A DNA stretch of 29,998 nucleotides. Origin: Candidatus Firestoneibacteriota bacterium (GTDB taxonomy: Bacteria; Oederibacteriota; D2-FULL-39-29; JBBTED01). The notes beneath the pieces were generated by a model, which saw nothing but the letters and a program-made list of their open reading frames with translations, was not told where the DNA came from and did no database searches. A program made the translations under genes and the position numbers. How positions within the stretch are numbered: position 1 is the first letter of the stretch; every line of letters begins with the position of its first letter. The DNA is taken from contig JBBTED010000121.1 of assembly GCA_038042445.1 (NCBI GenBank), positions 1 through 29,998 of the forward strand. The letters are read 5' to 3'. Positions 17,936 through 27,065 of the stretch are shown one piece after another.

Positions 17936-19059
17936 AACATATTATATCTTTTTAATGCTGTTTTTAACATATTAGTAATTAATGTATTGTAATTCCAGCC
18001 AAAAGCACACGCTGCTTTTGGAAAACAAGAATTGTCTTTAGGGTTTGGCAGTAATCCCGGCAAAGGATTTATTTCAATTATATTAGGTTCATTGTTGCTG
18101 TCGAGCCGGATATCAATTCTGCAGAAATCTCTGCATTTAAACAACTTAAAAGTTTTAATAGTTAAATCTTCAATTTTTGACTTAAGGATTGTATTTGTTT
18201 TGGCTGGACATTCAAATATATTTAATGGGTTATCAGGTTTATCCCAAACCCATTTTGCTTCATAACTATAGATTTTATTTGCGTTATGTGGTAGTTCATC
18301 AAATTTTATTTCAACTATTGGTAAAACAATAGGTTTGTAATTTCCAATTATTGCTACAGTGAATTCTCTGCCCGGCAAATATTCTTCTACTAATGCGGGT
18401 TGGTTATATATTTTAATTATAGATTTAATTCTATTTTTAAGCTCTATTTGATTATTTGCAATTGAATTATTTGAAATGCCTTTGCTTGAACCTTCAAAAT
18501 TAGGTTTAACTATTACAGGATACTTTAAGTTATGATTAATTTTTTCAGAAAAAGCTAATAAAAAAATTGGATTTTTTATATTTGCATAATTCATTAATTC
18601 TTTAGATTTGGCTTTATCAAGTGCTATAGCAAGAGTTAAAGTATCTGAGCCGGTATAAGGGATATTTAATTTTTCTAATATAGCAGGGATTTTTGATTCT
18701 CTTGCAAAACCTGATAAACCCTCAGCTATATTAAAAACTATATCTGGTTTAATATTCAAAAATATTTTATCGTTTGCAGATGGTTCATCAACTAAATATA
18801 CACTATGCTTTTCTGATACAAGGGCATTTTTAATAGCTTCAATAGTTGAATAATCGTCCCATTCAACGTAGAAATCCTGCGGCAATTTTTTTAAGTTGCC
18901 AGTAGGCAGTGAATTTCGCGAATTAAAAACCAATGCAATTTTTATCTTATTTGAACTCGATATTTTTTTGAATTCTATGAGAGGATTTTTAAATTTATTT
19001 AAATCACGTTTTCGTAAAGATATTTTTGATGAGAACTTTGTTAGATTGTTTAACATCAT
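17932..19059 (-). CDS. Ddl-like ATP-grasp ligase (A)
   Basis: FNIAEG, PYTGS, LDKAKSK, IVKPNFEGSSKGI, VEEYLPGREF, SYEAKW, RIDIR, EINPLPG. Start moved to ATG 19059 (or 19056) because ATG 19071 lies inside the -10 box. Confidence 0.85.
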   Translation of the reverse strand: MMLNNLTKFSSKISLRKRDLNKFKNPLIEFKKISSSNKIKIALVFNSRNSLPTGNLKKLPQDFYVEWDDYSTIEAIKNALVSEKHSVYLVDEPSANDKIFLNIKPDIVFNIAEGLSGFARESKIPAILEKLNIPYTGSDTLTLAIALDKAKSKELMNYANIKNPIFLLAFSEKINHNLKYPVIVKPNFEGSSKGISNNSIANNQIELKNRIKSIIKIYNQPALVEEYLPGREFTVAIIGNYKPIVLPIVEIKFDELPHNANKIYSYEAKWVWDKPDNPLNIFECPAKTNTILKSKIEDLTIKTFKLFKCRDFCRIDIRLDSNNEPNIIEINPLPGLLPNPKDNSCFPKAACAFGWNYNTLITNMLKTALKRYNML

Positions 19060-19069
19060 TCTGGTAAAC

Positions 19070-19098
19070 ATTATATGTTAAGTGAAAATTATTAGCAA
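19070..19098 (-). promoter_or_regulatory. sigma70 promoter for the ATP-grasp/KamA operon
   Basis: TTGCTA (19098-19093), 17 nt, TATAAT (19075-19070). Confidence 0.65.
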
Positions 19099-19136
19099 TA
19101 AAAAATTTTTTATTCGTGGAAATTTTTTATTCGCAC

Positions 19137-19168
19137 TTGACAAAAGAAAGAATAGCTTGTTATAAATT
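19137..19168 (+). promoter_or_regulatory. sigma70 promoter for DUF523
   Basis: TTGACA (19137-19142) and TGtTATAAA (19158-19166). Confidence 0.6.
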
Positions 19169-19172
19169 AGTT

Positions 19173-19607
19173 ATGATTATAGTTAGCGCTTGTTTGGCTG
19201 GAATAAATTGTGCTTATAATGGAAAAAATAATAGAGAACCTATTATTGAATCATTGGTAAAAAAAGGGAAAGCAATACCTCTTTGTCCTGAACAATTATC
19301 AGGATTTTCTACTCCTAGGCTTAGAATGGAAATTATAGGAGGCGATGGGAAAGATGTGTTAAAACATAAAGCAAAAGTGGTAAATATAGAAGGTGAAAAT
19401 GTAACAAATTTAATATTAAATGGAGTAAAAGAGGTGTTTAAAATTGTAAAACTTGTTGGAGCAAAAGAAGTTATATTTAAAGATAAAAGTCCTTCTTGTG
19501 GGGTTAAGTTCATACATAGTGGAAAGTTTGACGGTAAGTTAAAAAAAGGAATGGGTGTATGTTCTGCTTTTTTGCATAGAAAAGGAATTAAAGTTAAAGG
19601 AATTTAA
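19173..19607 (+). CDS. DUF523 family (TudS thiouracil desulfidase-like Fe-S protein)
   Basis: Likely start ATG 19173 (MIIVSACLAGINC); LCPEQ..G..TPR; KSPSCG. Confidence 0.88.
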   Translation: MIIVSACLAGINCAYNGKNNREPIIESLVKKGKAIPLCPEQLSGFSTPRLRMEIIGGDGKDVLKHKAKVVNIEGENVTNLILNGVKEVFKIVKLVGAKEVIFKDKSPSCGVKFIHSGKFDGKLKKGMGVCSAFLHRKGIKVKGI

Positions 19608-19750
19608 AATGGTCAGCTTACATTGAGCTACAAAATATTGGATATTGTTTTTTTGTAAGAAACGTGATATAACTATAATATAGACAATAGACTTTGGATT
19701 TTAGAGTCTGATGTCTGAGATATATTGTCTGAATTGTATCAGGAGGTATT

Positions 19751-20017
19751 ATGAAAAGGATTGATTTGGCAAGGGAAGTGTCTGAAGCTACTGGATTAAT
19801 TCTTGATGATGCAGATAGGGTTGTAAATGCTGTAGTATTGGGAATAAAAGAAGCATTGATTAATGGTAATAGAGTGGAAATAAGAGGGCTTGGTACTTTT
19901 GGAGTTAAACTTACTAAAGCGAGAATTGCAAGAAATATTAAAACAGGTGAAGCGATTCCAGTTGCACCAAGAAGAACTCCATTTTTTAAGCCAGGTAAGG
20001 AGCTGAAAATTATATGA
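19751..20017 (+). CDS. HU/IHF-family DNA-binding protein
   Basis: VEIRGLGTF...[11 protein letters not shown]...[18 protein letters not shown]. Confidence 0.93.
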   Translation: MKRIDLAREVSEATGLILDDADRVVNAVVLGIKEALINGNRVEIRGLGTFGVKLTKARIARNIKTGEAIPVAPRRTPFFKPGKELKII

Positions 20018-20883
20018 AATTAAAATTAGGTTTGCCTGCAGGAAGTTTGCAAAATGCAACTTTAAATATATTAAAAAAAGCAGGATTTAATATAGCTGTT
20101 AGCACACGTTCTTATATTCCATATATTGATGATAGTGAAATACTTGTTCGTTTAATCAGGGCGCAGGAGATACCAAGGTATGTTGAAGAGGGTGTGCTTG
20201 ATGTAGGTTTAACAGGGAAAGACTGGGTTCTTGAAAACAAAGTTAAAGTTCATGAGGTTGCACAGTTGGTTTATGCCAAACAGGGATTGCGTCCGGTTAG
20301 GTGGGTTTGTGCAGTGCCTGTTGATTCAGGTATTTATAAAATAAAAGATTTACAAGGAAAAAGAATTGCAACAGAGATTGTAAATATTACAAAAGAATTT
20401 TTAAGAAAAAACAAAGTGAAAGCACTTGTTGAATTTTCATGGGGTGCTACTGAATCGAAACCTCCAGAATTGGCAGATGCAATAATAGAATTAACAGAAA
20501 CAGGAAGTTCACTTCGTGCAAACAATTTGCGGGAGATTGCAACTATTCTGGAATCTGTAACAGTGCTTATTGTAAACAAAAATAGCTGGAAAAACTCAGA
20601 AAAGAAGAGGAAAATCGAAAATTTGTCAATGCTATTGGTTGGAGCATTGCAGGCTGAGGAAAAAGTTGGGCTAAAAATGAATGTTCCCAAAAAGCAATTA
20701 GAAAAAATAATAAGTGAATTGCCTTCTTTAAAAAAACCAACTATATCGTCTTTGTATGATTCGGATTGGGTAGCATTAGAAATAATTGTAGATGAAAAAA
20801 TAGTGCGTGAAATTATTCCAGAACTTAAAAGAGCAGGAGCACAGGGAATAATAGAATATCCATTGAATAAAGTTATATATTAA
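20014..20883 (+). CDS. hisG: ATP phosphoribosyltransferase, long form
   Basis: [36 protein letters not shown], plus the C-terminal regulatory domain (PTIS, LKRAGA.GIIEYP). Confidence 0.96.
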   Translation: MKLKLGLPAGSLQNATLNILKKAGFNIAVSTRSYIPYIDDSEILVRLIRAQEIPRYVEEGVLDVGLTGKDWVLENKVKVHEVAQLVYAKQGLRPVRWVCAVPVDSGIYKIKDLQGKRIATEIVNITKEFLRKNKVKALVEFSWGATESKPPELADAIIELTETGSSLRANNLREIATILESVTVLIVNKNSWKNSEKKRKIENLSMLLVGALQAEEKVGLKMNVPKKQLEKIISELPSLKKPTISSLYDSDWVALEIIVDEKIVREIIPELKRAGAQGIIEYPLNKVIY

Positions 20884-20905
20884 AATGGTAGGGAGGTATT
20901 TTTAT

Positions 20906-21508
20906 ATGAAAAAGCTAAATATAATTTTAACTATGCTTGTTTTGTTATTTGCTGGAGTTTCAATATTAAATGCTCAGGAATATGAATGGAATGCAGAGTG
21001 TAAGATTAATATTAGTGGATGGACAAATTACTGGTTTACTTCTGCAATTGATCCTACAGATAGTAGCAAAAAAGTAAATGATTTTGTCTGGGCGGGTGGT
21101 ATAAAATACGGTGTAACGAATGATTTTTTGTTGGGAATAGATATTTTATACTTTAATTGGAGTAAGTCTTATCCTACACCTGTAACTGGTGAAGCAAAAT
21201 TTTCACTTACACCAATTTTTATTGCAGGGCAATATAATTTCCCTATTGAAGATGTCCCGGAATTATTGCCAAGTATTAAGCTGGGATTTGGATTTATTCC
21301 AACTAAAGTTATTACTTCTGTGAGTGTTGGAAATGTTTCAGTTATATCTGAATCTAATGAAAATAAATTTGGGTTTGAAGTAGTAACAGGTATAGAAATA
21401 TTTGCAGGCCCTGAATTCTCAATTGGTATGAATATAGGCTATTTATATAATGGATATGCTGATTTGAATGGTATATTTTTAGGCAGCGGTTTAAATGGAT
21501 ACTTTTAA
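20906..21508 (+). CDS. Small outer-membrane beta-barrel protein
   Basis: SD GGGAGG before ATG 20906; signal peptide; alternating beta-strands; C-terminal GYF. Confidence 0.75.
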   Translation: MKKLNIILTMLVLLFAGVSILNAQEYEWNAECKINISGWTNYWFTSAIDPTDSSKKVNDFVWAGGIKYGVTNDFLLGIDILYFNWSKSYPTPVTGEAKFSLTPIFIAGQYNFPIEDVPELLPSIKLGFGFIPTKVITSVSVGNVSVISESNENKFGFEVVTGIEIFAGPEFSIGMNIGYLYNGYADLNGIFLGSGLNGYF

Positions 21509-21532
21509 TTAGGGACACATCCCTAATTAAAA
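21503..21532. repeat. Perfect 13-bp hairpin (possible terminator or stabiliser)
   Basis: TTTTAATTAGGGA-CACA-TCCCTAATTAAAA, overlapping the barrel stop codon. Confidence 0.6.
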
Positions 21533-21589
21533 TCAAATACCAAAATTTAAATATCAAATATATTTTTGATTAATAAGGAGGAATATATT

Positions 21590-21898
21590 ATGCAAGAACA
21601 AATAGATGATTCTAAAATATTTCAGTTTTTATTTATGGAATTGGTTTATTCTTTTCAGAATATGGCTATTATGCAATTAGGTAAGATTGTGAATCCTGTT
21701 ACAAGCAAAGTAGAAAAAAATTTGCCACAGGCAAAAGCTACAATTGATATGTTAAGAATGTTGAAAGAAAAAACAAAAAACAACTTAAGTCCTGAAGAAG
21801 AAAAACTTGTAGAACAGGTGGTTTTAAATCTTCAGTTGAATTATGTAGATGAGGTAGAAAGAGACAAAAAGGAAGCAGAAAAGCCGAAGAGTGAATGA
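21590..21898 (+). CDS. DUF1844-family protein
   Basis: SD AAGGAGG before ATG 21590; A..QLG...NP......NL.QAK..IDML.ML..KT..NL..EE..L. Confidence 0.85.
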   Translation: MQEQIDDSKIFQFLFMELVYSFQNMAIMQLGKIVNPVTSKVEKNLPQAKATIDMLRMLKEKTKNNLSPEEEKLVEQVVLNLQLNYVDEVERDKKEAEKPKSE

Positions 21899-22335
21899 AT
21901 TTCATAAAGGCATTGAGTACAGGTTTATATCTTGGATATTTTCCGATTTTTCCGGGAACAATTGGAAGTTTGCTTGGGATGTTAGTATATCTGCTTGTTG
22001 GAAAAAATAGAACCATATTTTTTATAACATTATTTTTTTTATTGACTGTTGGAACATTTTCAGCTATTAAAACACAATTGTTGTTTAAGTCAGATGATCC
22101 TCCTGAAATAGTGATAGATGAAATCACAGGATTTTTTATTTCAGTAGCATTTTTACCATTTAAGTTATGGATTACAATTTTAGCTTTTGTAATATTCAGG
22201 ATATTAGATATATTGAAACCATATCCTATATCGTTTTTTCACAAAACATCATCTAAATTTGGTATAATGGCTGATGATATTGTTGCAGGTGCTTTTACGT
22301 TTTTAATAATGTTCATAATTTTAAAAATATTTTAA
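21895..22335 (+). CDS. pgpA: Phosphatidylglycerophosphatase A
   Basis: G.....PGTIGS, DPPEIVIDE..G, FRILDILKP.PI, GIMADD..AG. Confidence 0.95.
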   Translation: MNFIKALSTGLYLGYFPIFPGTIGSLLGMLVYLLVGKNRTIFFITLFFLLTVGTFSAIKTQLLFKSDDPPEIVIDEITGFFISVAFLPFKLWITILAFVIFRILDILKPYPISFFHKTSSKFGIMADDIVAGAFTFLIMFIILKIF

Positions 22336-22336
22336 T

Positions 22337-23599
22337 ATGGCGAGTGTAGAAATAGTTAGTATAGGGACAGAATTACTTTTAGGCCAGATTCTTGACACTA
22401 ATTCTACATATATTTCTCAGAAACTTGCAGAAATAGGAGTGGATGTATTTTTTAAATCTTCAGTTGGAGATAATGAAACACGTATTGAAAATTGCATACG
22501 ACAGGCTTTTGAACGTGCAGATATTATTATTGTTACAGGCGGACTTGGACCTACAGTTGATGATGTAACAAAAAACGCTGTAGTTAAAGTTCTTGGGAAA
22601 AGGTTGTTTTTGAATGAGAAAATTTTAGAGAAGATAAAAAATAATTTTAAACATCGTGGTGTTTCGATGCCAGAGAGTAATGTTTCACAGGCTATGATTC
22701 CACATGGTGCAATAATTATTGATAATGAATTAGGCACTGCTCCCGGATTATTGATAAACCATAACAGCAAAATTATAATACTTCTTCCTGGTGTTCCAAG
22801 AGAAATGAAAGCAATGATTGAAAATAATGTATTGCCGTATATTAAGAAGCATTATCATAGTGATAAATCCGAGATTATTAAATCTAAAGTATTAAAAGTT
22901 TTTGGAATGGGCGAGTCTATGGTAGATGCCAAAATACTTGATATATTCAAATCATCATCTAATCCAAGTATAGCATTGTTAGCAGACACAACAGAGGTGA
23001 AAATAAGGCTTACTGCAAAAGCTAAAGATGAAATTTTTGCATTGAAACTTATAGCACCACTTGAAAAAGATATAAGAAACAGATTGAGAGACAGTATTTT
23101 TGCAGTTGATGATGAAACAATGGAATATGTTGTTGCAAAATTATTACTTCAAAGCAAACTTACAATTTCAGTGGCAGAATCTCATACTGGTGGATTTATA
23201 TCGCATAAATTAACAAATATTCCAGACAGTTCTAAATATTTTAAAAGAGGCATAATTGCATATAGTGATGAGTCTAAAGTAGAATTGCTTAAAGTTTCGC
23301 CAGAGGCAATACGTTTGTTTGGTGCTGTGAGCAAACAAGTGGCTGATGCTATGGCAGATGGTGTTCGACGTATAGCAAATACAGATATAGGTCTTGCTGT
23401 TACAGGAATAGCTGGTCCATCCGGGGAAAGAGAAGGTAAACCTGTAGGCCTTGTGTATATAGCAATGGCATGGAAGGATTCATCTATATGTGATGAATAC
23501 AAATTAAAGGGCGACAGAATTTTAATTAAGGAGCAGACAGCTCAGCTGGCATTAGATGTGCTTCGCAGGTATCTTCTTAAAATGCAAAACGTAAAGTAA
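22337..23599 (+). CDS. cinA: CinA (MocF/COG1058 domain + PncC NMN-deamidase domain)
   Basis: IGTELLLG...DTN, VGDN, TGGLGPT.DD, LPGVP.EM; AESHTGG, GAVS, TGIAGP.G, KPVGLV. Confidence 0.95.
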   Translation: MASVEIVSIGTELLLGQILDTNSTYISQKLAEIGVDVFFKSSVGDNETRIENCIRQAFERADIIIVTGGLGPTVDDVTKNAVVKVLGKRLFLNEKILEKIKNNFKHRGVSMPESNVSQAMIPHGAIIIDNELGTAPGLLINHNSKIIILLPGVPREMKAMIENNVLPYIKKHYHSDKSEIIKSKVLKVFGMGESMVDAKILDIFKSSSNPSIALLADTTEVKIRLTAKAKDEIFALKLIAPLEKDIRNRLRDSIFAVDDETMEYVVAKLLLQSKLTISVAESHTGGFISHKLTNIPDSSKYFKRGIIAYSDESKVELLKVSPEAIRLFGAVSKQVADAMADGVRRIANTDIGLAVTGIAGPSGEREGKPVGLVYIAMAWKDSSICDEYKLKGDRILIKEQTAQLALDVLRRYLLKMQNVK

Positions 23600-23670
23600 A
23601 AAATGAAAAACTAAGAAAAGCTTTAAATTTTTAATTATAATTTTTAGCTTTATACTTTGAGTTTTTAGTT
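23580..23670. repeat. Degenerate heptamer tandem arrays (A-rich block then T-rich block)
   Basis: AAATGCA AAACGTA AAGTAAA AAATGAA AAACTAA ... TTTTAAT TATAATT TTTAGCT TTATACT TTGAGTT TTTAGTT. Confidence 0.55.
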
Positions 23671-23692
23671 TTTTGTGTGAGGGGGAAATAGT

Positions 23693-25165
23693 ATGAAAGG
23701 TAAGCTTAATATATTATTGGTAAGTTCTGAGGTTGTCCCATTTTCAAAAACAGGTGGTCTTGCAGATGTTGCTGGTGCTTTGCCAAAGGCATTGTTTAGT
23801 CTTGGGCTTGCAGATGTCAGGGTAATAACACCAAAGTATAAAACTGTAGATGAAGATAAGTTTGGTCTTAAAGAAATTGGGAAAATTAGTGTGCCTATTT
23901 CAGATAAAATTGAAACCGGTAAAGTTAAATTTTCTGTTTTTCCTAAAGTTGGGGTTCCTGTTTATTTTATTGAAAATGATAAATATTATATGAGGGATGA
24001 ACTTTACCGCACAAAAAATGGTGATTATCCGGATAATGCTGAAAGATTCATATTTTTTTCTCGTGGGGTTTTGGAAGCTATGAAATTAATAGATTGGGTG
24101 CCGGATGTAATTCATTGTAATGATTGGCAGACAGGGTTAATTCCAGCATATTTGAAGACAATTTATAAAGATGATAAATTCTATAAAAAAACAGCAACAG
24201 TTTTTACTATCCATAACCTTGCATACCAGGGTCTTTATTCCAAAGAAATGTATTCACTTACTGGTTTGCCAGAAGAATTATTTTCGCCATCTGGAATAGA
24301 ATTTTGGGGAAGTATGAATTTGATGAAGTCAGGGCTTGTTTACTCTGATGTTATTTCAACAGTTAGTGAAACTTATGCTCAGGAAATTCAGACTACAGAT
24401 GAGTTTGGCAGGGGACTTGAGGGTGTTTTACGTGACAAAAAAAATGATTTGTATGGGATTGTAAATGGTATTGACTATGAAGAGTGGAGTCCTGAAACTG
24501 ATGAATATATTGCTATTAATTATGACCTTGTAAATATAAGGAAGAAAAAAAGAAATAAAGATGCATTATTATCAATAAATGAATTGCCGGTTTTAAAAGA
24601 TTTTCCACTTATTGGGTTAATATCACGTTTGGATGACCAAAAAGGTTTTGATATTTTGTCTGAAGTAATGGATGAATTGATGGATATGGATATACAATTT
24701 GTTCTTCTTGGGACTGGAGATAAAAAATATCATGAATTATTTGAAGGGTTGGAATCCAAATATCCTGAAAAACTTTCTGTAAATTTAGTTTTTAATAATA
24801 AAATTGCTCACCAGATATATGCTGGTTCTGATATATTTTTAATGCCATCTAAATTTGAGCCATGCGGTCTTGGTCAGTTGATAAGTTTTAGGTATGGGAC
24901 TGTTCCTGTGGTAAGGGCAACAGGCGGGCTTGCTGATACAGTAGAAGATTTTGATTTAAAATCAGGTAAAGGCACAGGTTTTGTTTTTAAAGAGTATTCA
25001 AGTGGGGCATTGTTAGCAACATTAAAACGTGCAATTGATATTTACCATAATAGAAAAGCATGGGCAAAACTTGTTATTTCTGCAATGACTGCTGATTTTT
25101 CATGGGAAAATTCTGCAAAAAAATATATTGATTTGTACGAAAAAGCATTAGAAAAAAGGTCATAA
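23693..25165 (+). CDS. glgA: Glycogen synthase
   Basis: KTGGLADV, IHCNDWQTG, TIHNLAYQG, GIVNGID, SRL..QKG, PSKFEPCGLGQ, TGGLADTV. Confidence 0.97.
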   Translation: MKGKLNILLVSSEVVPFSKTGGLADVAGALPKALFSLGLADVRVITPKYKTVDEDKFGLKEIGKISVPISDKIETGKVKFSVFPKVGVPVYFIENDKYYMRDELYRTKNGDYPDNAERFIFFSRGVLEAMKLIDWVPDVIHCNDWQTGLIPAYLKTIYKDDKFYKKTATVFTIHNLAYQGLYSKEMYSLTGLPEELFSPSGIEFWGSMNLMKSGLVYSDVISTVSETYAQEIQTTDEFGRGLEGVLRDKKNDLYGIVNGIDYEEWSPETDEYIAINYDLVNIRKKKRNKDALLSINELPVLKDFPLIGLISRLDDQKGFDILSEVMDELMDMDIQFVLLGTGDKKYHELFEGLESKYPEKLSVNLVFNNKIAHQIYAGSDIFLMPSKFEPCGLGQLISFRYGTVPVVRATGGLADTVEDFDLKSGKGTGFVFKEYSSGALLATLKRAIDIYHNRKAWAKLVISAMTADFSWENSAKKYIDLYEKALEKRS

Positions 25166-25177
25166 AATTTGTGTAGT

Positions 25178-26059
25178 ATGCGTTCTATTAAAGAAGAAAC
25201 CCTTGCTTATATTTTTATATTACCTGCTCTTTCAATAATTTTTATTTTTCATATTGTTCCAGCACTATATGCTTTAAGGATTAGTCTTTATTCCTGGGAT
25301 ATGATAAGTTCAGTTAAAGAATTTGTTGGGTTGAAAAATTATATTTTATTACTTTATGACAAAGAGTTTTGGAAGTCTCTATTTAATACTGTCTATTTTA
25401 CACTCGGAGTTGTTCCACTAAGTATTTTGATTTCATTGGTAATTGCATTATTTCTCAATACTAAAATCAGAGGGCTTTCATTTTACAGGTCAGTTTATTT
25501 TTTGCCGGTTGTTACTTCAATGAATGCTGTAGCTATGGTGTGGCTGTGGATATATAATCCTGATTATGGAATTTTAAATTATTTGCTTGGGAAAATTGGA
25601 ATTTCTTCACAGAAGTGGCTACTTAGCCCATATCTTGCAATGCCTGCAGTAATATTAATGAGTATATGGAAAAGTCTTGGCTATAATATAGTAATATATT
25701 TAGTAGGTTTGCAAAATATTCCTGAAGAATATTATTCAGCTGCACAGGTGGATGGTGGTGGAAGATTTGCAATGTTAAAACATATTACAGTTCCTTTACT
25801 TATGCCGACTACATTTTTTATTATAACAGTATCTTTTATAAGCGCTTTTCATACTTTTACACAGATTTATATGTTGACCCCTGATGGTGGTCCATTAAAA
25901 AGCACATCTCTTATTGTTTATTATCTTTACCAAAACGCATTTGTTTTCTTTAAAATGGGATATGCATCTGCAATGGCATTTGTTCTTTTTATAATAATGT
26001 TTTTATTCACTCTGTTACAGCATAAGTTTTTGGAGAAAAGGATACATTACGAGATATGA
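25178..26059 (+). CDS. Carbohydrate ABC transporter permease (MalF/UgpA-like)
   Basis: FVGLKNY, W..LGYN..IYL.GLQNIP...Y.AAQVDG loop, MGYASA. Start is ATG 25178 or TTG 25169. Confidence 0.92.
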   Translation: MRSIKEETLAYIFILPALSIIFIFHIVPALYALRISLYSWDMISSVKEFVGLKNYILLLYDKEFWKSLFNTVYFTLGVVPLSILISLVIALFLNTKIRGLSFYRSVYFLPVVTSMNAVAMVWLWIYNPDYGILNYLLGKIGISSQKWLLSPYLAMPAVILMSIWKSLGYNIVIYLVGLQNIPEEYYSAAQVDGGGRFAMLKHITVPLLMPTTFFIITVSFISAFHTFTQIYMLTPDGGPLKSTSLIVYYLYQNAFVFFKMGYASAMAFVLFIIMFLFTLLQHKFLEKRIHYEI

Positions 26060-26865
26060 AAACTAAAGTTTTTATACATATTGTGTTATTTATAGGGATT
26101 ATAATTATGTCGTTTCCGTTTTTATGGATGATTCTGACTTCTTTTAAGCCTCAAGATGAAGTATTGCAGATTCCTCTTAAATGGCTGCCAACAAAATTTG
26201 AATTTTCAAATTATATACAGGCATGGGAATCTGCCTCATTCGGTAGATATTTTTTCAACAGCATATTGGTTACAGTAATTACAGTTTTTGGGCAAATTTT
26301 CACATCTGCGCTTGCGGGTTATGCTTTTGCCAAAATGAAATTTACAGGAAAGAACCTGATATTTTATGTTTTTCTTGGTACAATGATGATACCCTTAGAG
26401 GTAACACTTATACCAAATTATATTTTGATGAAAGAACTCGGCTGGCTTAATACTTATTTTGGACTTATAGTTCCATGGTTTGCTTCAGTATTTGGCATAT
26501 TTCTTATGCGTCAGTTTTTTAAAACTGTGCCACAAGAACTTTTTGAAGCCGCTGAAATGGATGGGTGTGGGCATTGGAGTTATTTATGGAAAATTCTATT
26601 TCCTATTTCAACACCTGTTTTTGTGAGTGTTGGAATTTTTTCAATGATTAGCACTTGGAATTCATTTCTATGGCCGCTTATAATGACAAATTCCACAAAT
26701 ATGAGGACACTCCCAGTTGGTTTAACATATTTTACACTGGAGTTTTCAACAAGGTATCATTTGTTAATGGCAGCAGCGACTATGGCTATATTACCTGTAG
26801 CTTTGGTATATTTTATAGCACAACGCCATTTTATACAAGGCATAGCCCGCACAGGTTTAGGATAA
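26056..26865 (+). CDS. Carbohydrate ABC transporter permease (MalG/UgpE-like)
   Basis: AGYAFA, IFLMRQFF..VP.EL.EAA.MDG, WNSFLWP, TLPVGL. Confidence 0.93.
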   Translation: MKTKVFIHIVLFIGIIIMSFPFLWMILTSFKPQDEVLQIPLKWLPTKFEFSNYIQAWESASFGRYFFNSILVTVITVFGQIFTSALAGYAFAKMKFTGKNLIFYVFLGTMMIPLEVTLIPNYILMKELGWLNTYFGLIVPWFASVFGIFLMRQFFKTVPQELFEAAEMDGCGHWSYLWKILFPISTPVFVSVGIFSMISTWNSFLWPLIMTNSTNMRTLPVGLTYFTLEFSTRYHLLMAAATMAILPVALVYFIAQRHFIQGIARTGLG

Positions 26866-26873
26866 AACGAAAT

Positions 26874-26905
26874 TCCCTCCCTGATAAGGGAGGGTTAGGG
26901 TGGGT
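26874..26905 (+). repeat. C/G-rich hairpin repeat
   Basis: TCCCTCCCT-GATA-AGGGAGGG-TTAGGGTGGGT, the same hairpin + G-tail architecture as 5368 and 12576. Confidence 0.6.
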
Positions 26906-27033
26906 TATAGAGCTTGTGCCAAAACCCTATTTTGTCATCCTGAACGCAGTGAAGGATCTCGTTTTTAAAGGACTTTAAAGCGAGATTCTTCGGCTACTGC
27001 CTCAGAATGACACCTTTTGGCACAGACTCTATA
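26906..27033. mobile_element. MITE-like element carrying a TGTC-tagged doublet
   Basis: Terminal inverted repeats TATAGAGCTTGTGCCAAAA / TTTTGGCACAGACTCTATA (17/19 match, TATA at both ends) enclose TGTCATCCTGAACGCAGTGAAGGATCTC...GAGATTCTTCGGCTACTGCCTCAGAATGACA. Confidence 0.6.
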
Positions 27034-27065
27034 GCTTCGCATAGGTTTAGGAGGATAAATTTAAA

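Noticed and set aside
16979..19059. Housekeeping ddl or Van-type glycopeptide resistance ligases
   Set aside because: The N-terminal GGxSxE and LHG motifs are missing, and there are no mur or vanHXRS genes in context.
26655..26978. 107-aa ORF overlapping the permease end
   Set aside because: Alternate frame of the permease that continues into repeat DNA; a spurious translation. The same holds for 5108-5446, 8602-8814 and 13745-13984.
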